Source: the human T2T-CHM13v2.0 reference genome, Homo sapiens. From it: a DNA stretch of 64,000 bases. The translations under genes and the position numbers were made by a program. The notes beneath the pieces were generated by a model, which worked only from the letters and a program-made list of their open reading frames with translations, searched no databases and was not told where the DNA came from. This document shows positions 53,401 through 64,000 of this stretch, piece after piece; positions within the stretch are counted from its first letter, which is position 1, and every line of letters begins with the position of its first letter. The stretch is taken from the NCBI RefSeq assembly GCF_009914755.1, contig NC_060937.1. The stretch is one strand, 5' to 3'.

Positions 53401-53783
53401 TTTAGCTGGTATTTCTGGATTTTTGCTACATTTTGAGAGCCAAAGTGTTACAAGGAGAAATGATGCAGGTGTTTATTTAAACGACGTGAGTATCTCTTCC
53501 TTCTACTTGCCAGATCACAACTTTGTTTTGACTGCCAGATCATGGATGATACAAATAAATAGCTTCCTATAGATATATCTAAAAATCACCAACATTTCTT
53601 CAAGACCTATTAATTTTAGAAATTCAGGTATCTAGTTATACCTTTATCATATTAAAGTAGTAGCTATGGTCCTATAAACTCAAATGTATTTCAGAACCAG
53701 GCGGATGCCATGGAAGTTTGACAGAGTCTGATAGAAGGTGGCAGGACCTATTTATTATTGTGTACCTTGTCCTACATAGAATT

Positions 53784-54937
<1,154 letters not shown>

Positions 54938-54993
54938 AACATCTGCTCATTTAAGTTGCTTCTTAGAATCATATACTTGCTACAGAAACTGTC

Positions 54994-55027
54994 CACACAC
55001 ACACACACACACACACATGCACACACA
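54994..55027. repeat. (CA)n microsatellite
   Basis: Directly visible. Confidence 0.9.
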
Positions 55028-55509
55028 TGTTACAAGTGATATGAGCCTCCATTAGGCAATGGTCCTCAACACCTCAGACTTTACAATCAGATTTATTTAG
55101 GGTTTGTTTTTAAATTGAGTCATGGACTGGCCATGGTTTTAATCTTGTGCAGCTTTAGTTGTCTTATCTACAAAACAAAGACTATGAGACTTATCTTACA
55201 TTATTGTGAGTCAATTAATGACAGACCCCCAGAGCTCTACCTGCTCAGCATGAGACAGTCCCTGTCCTACCCTCTACACCACCATTGGCCAACAGAAGCG
55301 ACTCTTTGCCAGTCTGAGCTGCTTTACCAATAACTGCTGTGATATATGACCTGAATTAATCACTTTAACCTCACTCTCCCAGCTTATGTCACTCCTCCAA
55401 AAGAGGTCGCGGTCAACTTTTGTTCCTTTAATTCTAATCTCCAAACAGACATGAAGTCAGTGAGGAAGCATTCTTCAAGTTTTTTATCCCTCTTCCCTAC
55501 TTTACTGCA

Positions 55510-55925
55510 CAATCCATCTATATTTCCATTTCTATCTACTATCATCTATCACCCATCAATCACCCATCTCTCATCCATGTATCAATCTATTATCCATCTA
55601 TTATCTATTATTCATCTATAATCTATTTACCTTTCATCTATAATCTATTTTATGTTCCATTTATCTATTATGTGTGATCCATCTGTTCTTTATCATCCAT
55701 CTATTGTTTATCCTCCATCTACCATCTACTATTTATCATCCATCTATCATCTATCACATGTCTATCATCTATCGATCAATCATCTATCATCTACCAATCA
55801 TCCATCATTCATCGTCTCTAATCTCTCAGGTCCCATCTGTCTCTCATCTCCCATCTCTTATCTGCTAACAATCTATATCTCTATCATCTTTCTATCATCC
55901 TCTCTCTATGTCTCTGTATCTATCT
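55510..55925. repeat. Degenerate (TCTA/TCCA/ATC)n simple repeat, ~410 bp
   Basis: Directly visible; source of the low-complexity ORFs 55652-55927 and 55674-55868. Confidence 0.88.
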
Positions 55926-57599
55926 AATTTCTGGAGCCCTGTGATTAGCCCTTATAATGTGATCAATACAAGTGAGTTTCTTTTCTCATTTCATATATAA
56001 TCTGTAGTTGTGGAGATTAAGCTAAGTAATTCATATGGTGTAACTAGTACACAGAAAACTAAACAATTTTTTCCTTAAATATCTAAATGATGCATGCTAA
56101 CTGGTGGAATCAAGGGATTAAAAGATAGCCATTGAGGTTCTATCACAGCAAGGTCCTATTTTGGGACGTATGTTGGATCCAGATGTATATTCTACTATAA
56201 TCTACCATTAAGACCAAAGTTCATTGATATGAAATGCACTGATATTCAAACTCATTCACAAATTTTTTTTTCCAAATTACATTTATACATCTGAAAAGCC
56301 TAAACATTTGAGTAAAATTATGAAATTCTCTGTGCCTACACAAATATTCTTATTGTCAGGAATATTTTTCATAAATATGATCAGATCAACATAAGCCTGG
56401 AAAGGCAGACCATTGACTCCTACACTGTAAATCCCATGGAGTTATTAAGATTATGTTATTATTATAAGTTTTCCAAATATTCCCAGTAACACCTCAGATT
56501 TTTAATTGCCATCTAAGCTAACCAGCAACACTGCCATTGTTTTTTTTTTTTAAATTTTTGTATCCCAAAAGTTAGATATTCAATCACTTAACAAATGTTG
56601 TTTGAATGTTTACTGAACTATTCTAGTCACTAGGGTCATAGCACAGCATAAAGGTGGGGTTAGGGCTAGAGCATATGTATATAAGCCTAGTCTATGTAGA
56701 ATTCTTCAATTTCAAGAAATAATTGAGAGAAAGAGATACAATTTACAAAGGAGATGTCAAAGAAAGATGAAAAACCCTAAGAATTTTTATAAATGAAGAA
56801 GTACTTAAATATGACAATGTGTAAAAGCCAGCATACTAAAATCTAGAAGACATTATTTTGTGTACTACTAAAATTTAAATATTTAGCAATTAGGTATTGC
56901 TAAATATTTTAAGTAATTTGAGACTCACATTTAGTAGTCACTATAGCATTAGAAAAAAGTCTCTAAATTCTTAAACTATCTTAGGTAAAACTCTTTTTAT
57001 CAGAATAAGTTATCGTAAAATGATTGCATATGAATCTCTGTGTGCTTTCATGGATTTTCTCAAAAAAAAACTATCAAACTAAAGCAACTGTCAGTACAGT
57101 CTTGTGGTTCTTAGGAGAGATCAAAGAGGGTTATTATAATGCATAAATCATGTATGTTTATAGTATGTCATAGACATTCAAATGGATGTAACTACAATAC
57201 ATTTAGTTCCCTAATCTGCTATATAGTAGACAAATGGTTTACATTTGTTGTAGTTTTTACTTTTGATTCGAAACACTCTAACTTGGGTTTTGCTAAGCTG
57301 AACATTGTTTTAAATCTCACCAGACAACTTGATTCATTTCATAGTAATGCTCTTTGTATACCATATTTTGGCCTACAGCAAATCTCACTGAATACATGAG
57401 CACTGAAGACGTTGAGACATACTCAGTCAATTGATAGAATGGCCTCAGCTTCATGGTAATTTTAGATTCCTACACATACATCTCGTGGCAGACCATATAT
57501 TTATTTATTGAAAAGATATATACCCTTTTTTAAAAAGTAAAATATATGAATAAAGTTAAAGCAGATGAGGTCTTTTAGTCAGGAAATTAATTTTCTTTT

Positions 57600-58600
57600 G
57601 TTCTATCAAAACCACACGTGCAAACTTGACAGAAATTTCTTATGAATTACTAATGGGGGTTTAATCCTGACAAGGCTTTATTTGTTCAAGTGTCAAATCC
57701 CGGGTCTGGTTGCTCAAAAAGCCAATTATCAGAAAATATCCTCTGTTGCTGCTGTCATTAAGAGACAGACACTGATGACAGTTTAACTTGGTTTCAGAGC
57801 GGCTCTCGGGCCACAGCTGCTTGCCAGGCCGTCCAAGTACCACCAGAAGATGCACAGTTGCATATTGACCCTGCAGTAATTGAGGTTATAAAAAGGCTCT
57901 TGTTCTCAGAACTCTTGAATGAACGCCTCTCCCAGCGGGACCCTGCAGGACCCTTGAAGAGAGCTGACCCACTGAACTACTGAACTGCCCAGAACCTCAA
58001 CTTTGGGCTGTGCGGAGGTCAGGTCAAGAAGCAAATGTTAAAGATGGGACGTGAGGAATGCCAGCTAGTCACACATTGAACTGAAGTCATTGGTTCTTTG
58101 CATTGTCCTGCTGGCTGCTCTTCCTCATACGTTCTGCACGAAGTGAAGCAGGGGAACTGAAATCTGTTAGCACTTTTCCCTGGGTATCATGTGGAAACCT
58201 TCTCCTGATTTTTGTCCCCCCCCCCCATTATTAAAAGCAAGGGAGTGGTTGCTCGTACAGATTTCATTGGTGAAGCAAACTGAACCATCTGCTGAAATCT
58301 CTAGCAGTCTGCTGGCTGAGCCTGGCACAAGATTCCACGGCTAAACTCTTCCTCTCTCACCAGTAATCGCCATTACAGTCAAGTGAGAATTAACATGAAA
58401 GTGGTGCAGGAAAATAAGGATAATTAGTTCAATCAAATGAATTTCACGACAGCATTTTTTAGAAAAGCATCTCCCACCAATTAGTTATGCTATTACCCAT
58501 GATTGATACTATAAAATTGTTTTAAAGTTAATAACAACAATGATCATGAATGAAAATTATTAATAGCTCAGTGTATTTTAAAGGTCAAGGTCAAATAAAT
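57600..58600. promoter_or_regulatory. Candidate enhancer/promoter with nuclear-receptor direct-repeat cluster
   Basis: Repeat-free; local CpG retention; TGACCC-ac-TGAACT-ac-TGAACT (57965-57986), AGGTCAGGTCA (58016-58026), AGGTCAAGGTCA (58582-58593), three TGACAG motifs, TATAAAAAG (57887-57895). Function is inferred only. Confidence 0.45.
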
Positions 58601-58722
58601 ATGCTTGGCTTTAAAAATGAGATAAAAAGTATATAGCTTTAGTATAGATAGTAGTATTTTATCTTATAACAAAATGAAGATTAAACATTTTGCAGTCCTT
58701 GTCTGGTTAGGTAATTGTATTA

Positions 58723-59077
<355 letters not shown>

Positions 59078-59094
59078 GAAAAGAAAACAAACAT

Positions 59095-59230
59095 TTCCTT
59101 CATTCATTTAACTAACATTTATGGTGCTTCTACTATATTCTATATTTTAAGCAGCATACTAAGAGCCATAGACACAATAATTAGAGAAGACCAGAAATAG
59201 TCAATGCCATTACAGGGCTTAGAGTCAGGT
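59095..59230 (-). mobile_element. L2 3' end relic
   Basis: 'ttcattcatttaactaacatttatggtgcttctactat' is an antisense L2 tail. Confidence 0.6.
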
Positions 59231-59806
59231 AGAACACTTTTTCTAGTGGAAATTTAATATAGTGAATTATAAAGGATCATATTATAGTTTTTAAGGTCTG
59301 AGAAGCTGATACCTACCAATAATAAATAATTTTGTTACAAGAGAAGTAAGGATAAAAAACTGTTTACCAATTCAGCTTGGAAGTGTTTTTTAGACCCTTT
59401 GAACAATAGCCAAATCAGCAAAGTCATACTTCTATTTTTTGCATTTTAAAATTTTTCTTTAAATTTACTTTTTTATTTAGAATGTTTATCACAAGTAGAA
59501 TCCCATTACAATTTTATTGTTTTTAAATCATTTTTAATGTAGATTGGAATTTGGTTTGTGCAATCTAACAGGTGGACTTTAATAGAGTGGAAGTTATAGT
59601 CGCTATGTTTATTTCTAGCTTCTCATCTCTCTTGGTGCTATCTTAGAGGTCACAGAGCAAATGCCTTAACTTAATAACCTTGATAATATTTTCATGTGCT
59701 GACTAGAGAAGCTTAATACAATCTAGTTATATATATATGACTTTGGATAAGAACTCAGAGAATTTCATGTGAGTCTAAGTTAAAGCCAGGCTGAAAATAT
59801 GACTTA

Positions 59807-60120
<314 letters not shown>

Positions 60121-60482
60121 GAAAATGAAATTATTGCCTAAAATTTTTAATGCATTTATATTTAATATATTAAAATAATTGGTGCATCTAACAATTAAGA
60201 AGCAGTTAGTATGAAACAATATTAGGCTAAGGACCAGGTTAGCTGAGTTAATTGCAAAATTGTGGGGAATCACATTTTCCTGTGATACGTTTTCCCTCTA
60301 TGTGAATTTTTCATTACAATGCAAATTAAAATCCCAGATAATGCTAATATTTTGGAATTAAATGTATCTGTGTGTACATATCATGGTATATACATATAGA
60401 GCATGGTAGACAGGAACGTAGGCAGGTAGAAAAGTATTACAGATTTTGTAGAATTATTGGCCAGAAAAAATGTAGGATAATG

Positions 60483-60816
60483 CAGGGGTCCCCAACCCCC
60501 AGGCTGTAGACTGGTAGCAGCCTGTGGCCTGTTGGGAACTGGGCCACATGGCAGCTGAGCAGCAGGCGAGCAAGCATTACCACCTGAGCCCCACCTCCTG
60601 TCAGACCAAGGGGCATTAGATTCCCATAGGAGGGTGAACCCTACTGTGAAATGCACATAGGAGGGATCTAGGGTGCATACTCCTTACAAGACTCTAATGC
60701 CTGATGATCTGAAGTGGAACAGTTTCATCCTGAAACCATCCCTTCTCTCAATTTGTAGTGGAAAAACTGTCTTCCATGAAACTGGTCCCTGGTGTCAGAA
60801 AGGTTGGGGACCACTG
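60483..60816 (+). mobile_element. MER1B hAT-Charlie MITE
   Basis: TIRs caggggtccccaacc / ggttggggaccactg with perfect 8-bp TSD ggataatg (60475-60482 / 60817-60824). Confidence 0.93.
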
Positions 60817-61839
60817 GGATAATGTAAACTACCTGTCTTGTGACTTTAAAATAACATCATATATGGTAAATTTAAGCAATCCTTAAAAAACACAGATTTG
60901 TTTTTCTAAGTTAATCCAAATTATTTACTTTATAATGTAATGAAAAAATTAAATATTGTACAGAAACTGCAATGAGATTCCAAATGTTTAAAGTCTAAAT
61001 CAGCATTGTTTCATTTACTCTTTCTCTAGTTCTTGCTTTGTGAAGGCTAATTGTAATCTAGTTGATACATGAAAAATTGGCTGTTATTTATGTATTCTAA
61101 AATATTTTCTCCACTTTGTTATTTAATCACAATTAATATTAACAAATAGCTTAATATAGGTGATTTTATTTTCAATATTAGATCTATAAAAGATATTGGA
61201 AGATGATTTGCTTTTTGAGAAAAAGATGAATGTTTACTCTTAGGAAAAAGATATATTGGAAAATTATGCTAGAGTTCTCCTTACCCTTTTAATCTCCTGG
61301 GATCATTATGATTTCTTATATAACTGCCCCCCCCCCCTCTGCTTTGTAGGCAGTGATAACTAGGGATATTGTCTTACTTAAAGATAGGTAGCATTAATGT
61401 CATAAATTCTATACAGAGGTTCTTCTTCAATACTTCAGATCTTAAACTCCTAGGAATTTTGTGCTTTGCACAATGCTACAAATTGAGATAGAGGAGTTGA
61501 AAATGGTAATTTGATGTTTATGTAGAATTGTTATTTTTACCCTTTCAATATTCATTCGTATAATCATAAATCAGTTGTAGTTGTTTCTTCCATGAAATAA
61601 GAAGCAATGTGTAAGAATTGAATAGAAAATTTAAAGTTTATTAACATAGAAAAGTTGGTTGAATAGCATTTTGAAGATGTCTTTGTTCTCTCTCCATTGA
61701 AGTTTGACAAACTGAGCAGGCATTGAAGCCTAGAGAAGGAACCTGGGTTTACAATTGGAAGAAAAATGAGTTTGTGTTTGTGGCTATTCTTTCCTCAAGA
61801 CTTTTTTATTTGCTGTGTAATTTTAAACTAAAATCTTTA

Positions 61840-62620
61840 TCTTAAAGATCCTTGAGGATTTTTTGTTTATCTACAGATTCTTCTAATGGTTTTATGAGGA
61901 CTTGTACCCAGGTTGCTTGAGTAGAGTGGAGCACCCAATGTATCTTGTTGGCCCTTTCAATATGCTGAGAGTTTGTTTTGGTTTTTTAATTTCTAAAAAG
62001 TTTTCTTAGATTATGATTTTAAATATTAGTTCTGTTTCATAGCTTTGTTCTTATTTCTCAGGGATACTGATTAAAAGAATGGGATTCTTTCTTTGGATGT
62101 CTTCTATTTGTATTTCTTTCTCCCTAAACCTTTTAATTTTTTTTTTCTTTATCGTATTCTTATCCTCTAGGTGGTTTGCCCACATTTTTCAATGATCATT
62201 TGTAAATTATATTTTGAATATGTTATCTCCTGAGCACCTTGCAATTTAATAATTTCTGAGACTTTTTTTCTTTTTGTCCATTTCTGAGTTCAATAAACTT
62301 TTTCATTTCTTCCTTTTTTTGTCAGTCCTGCTTTCTTTTAATATTGCATGTCTAATTCAAGGTAGTTTTTATATTCCTAAATGCTTGGCTGAGTGTATTT
62401 AATGTAGTTTGCATTGTAGCCTTACAGTTTTCTGCTGCTTCATAAGTGTTTATTTTGTTGATATAATTTTCTGATTAGTTATAATAAAACTGTATAGATT
62501 CACTGATGTATTTTTCTGTTCATATTTGCATTATTGGTATGGTTCATAAAATTTGTCATTCGATATAATCTTGTCAGTGTAGCAAAATTCTGATTCTTAG
62601 GTTTTTTGAGGGGAGGGTGG
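61840..62620 (-). mobile_element. Ancient L1 (L1M/HAL1-like) relic
   Basis: T-rich antisense text ('ggccctttcaat', 'aaagttttctt', 'ttctcagggatactgatta'). Confidence 0.5.
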
Positions 62621-63410
62621 GTAGATAAGGGTATAAAATTTCCAGTTTTTGGTTCTCTTTTGTTTCTCAGGGCCACACAGTTCTACTTTTTGCTTCTTTT
62701 ACCTTTAATCTTTTGTGGAAGGGTAGCTCATGCTTCTTTTTTTTGTTGTTTTTTCTCCCCTAAGATATGGATTATGAAGATGACCACTTTAAATGGCCTT
62801 GTCTTAATTCCACTACTTGTAAACTGTTGTATGATCTCTCAGAACATGCTTCTAGGATTTTCATAGTGGTGTTGGTTTATGCTTTTGGATCTATTTTACA
62901 TCCATTGCTGGCCTCCTCTTCTTTCTTCCCCACCATTCTTCTAGGCCTATGCATGCTTGCACAGTGGACCAGAGCAGGAGAGACTGCTCACTTGTCCTCA
63001 AGTTCCATTGAGGGGATAGGTTTGTGTTGTTGTTTTTTTTTTTTTTTTTCTTTTTCTTTTTCTTATTTTTTATTTGCGATTTTGGGTGGGGGTTGGGGGG
63101 CCAACTGCCATTTTCTTCATATATATCTATCTAGTCATAATTTTTAAAATTTTTAGGTTTTCTTTATTTTTACTTACACATAAAATATTTATATTTGCTA
63201 AATGAAAATTATAATTACCTCTAATTCAACCATTCAGACAAATAAAATAATATGGAAGAAACTCAGTTCCAACTTTCTATATAACAGAAAAGAAAAAAAC
63301 AAGACTTACTGTGCACTCACTCTTTATGACAGACTTTTAACATTTAATATATTTCGAAGCATTTCTTCTTAAACATAAATAAAATAATTTCTATAGCAAC
63401 GTATTAGTAA

Positions 63411-63716
63411 TTTTTTTTTTTTTTTTTTTTTTTTTGAGACGGAGTCTTGCTCTGTTGCTTAGGCTGGAAGGCAGTGGCGCCATCTTGGCTCACTGCAACT
63501 TCTGCCTCCTGGGTTTGAGTGAGTCTCCTGCTCAGCCTCCTGAGTAGCTGAGACTACAGTTGCACGCCACCATACCCGGCTAACTTTTGTATTTTTAGTA
63601 GAGACAGGGTTTCACTATGTTGGCCAGGCTGGTCTAGAACTGCTGACCTCAAGTGATCTGCCCACCTAGACCTCCCAAAGTGCTGGGATTAGAGGGGTGA
63701 GCCAGTGTGCAGGGCC
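63411..63716 (-). mobile_element. AluS (Sx/Sz-like)
   Basis: T25, then 'gagacggagtcttgc'; TSD cgtattagtaa (63400-63410) / catattagtaa (63717-63727). Confidence 0.93.
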
Positions 63717-64000
63717 CATATTAGTAAGTTCTAATTTTTTAATTAATTTCTATTTCTGATTGGTTTTGTTTTTCATTCTCATAAACAACACTATATAAAG
63801 AACAACCTAAGGACAAATCATAAGATTCATCATTACTTGTTAATAGTACTTATTACACACTATCAAATTGTCTTCTGACAGGTTGATATAATTTATGCTT
63901 CAATAAGTGTTAGGGAAAAATGACCATTTATTTTTCTGAAATTCTGTTGGCACTAATTATTATATATTTTTAATTTTATAGATTTGATAGACACATATTT

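Noticed and set aside
63084-63100. G-quadruplex candidate (also ~26371-26390)
   Set aside because: Only three separate G3+ runs.

Overview
AT-rich primate (human-like) non-coding genomic DNA, either intergenic or from a large intron. It is dominated by interspersed repeats: ten dimeric Alus (J, S and Y types), one monomeric Alu, two 5'-truncated L1PA 3' ends, older L1M/L2/MIR relics, solo LTRs (MER50-, MER51-, MER39-, MLT1- and MST-like) and DNA-transposon MITEs (MADE1, MER1B, MER5A, MER20, MER30, MER91A, Tigger3a). No cellular protein-coding gene is supported. The only ORF with a recognisable product is the C-terminal fragment of L1 ORF2p. The most interesting non-repeat signals are: (1) a CpG-retaining island at about 57.6-58.6 kb with a triple DR2 and a perfect DR0 nuclear-receptor (RARE-like) motif cluster, MEIS sites and a TATA box; (2) several local duplications and templated insertions; (3) candidate unannotated exons on both strands. 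Repeat subfamily names come from recalled consensus sequences and need RepeatMasker/Dfam confirmation. I found no evidence of a novel multi-gene system.
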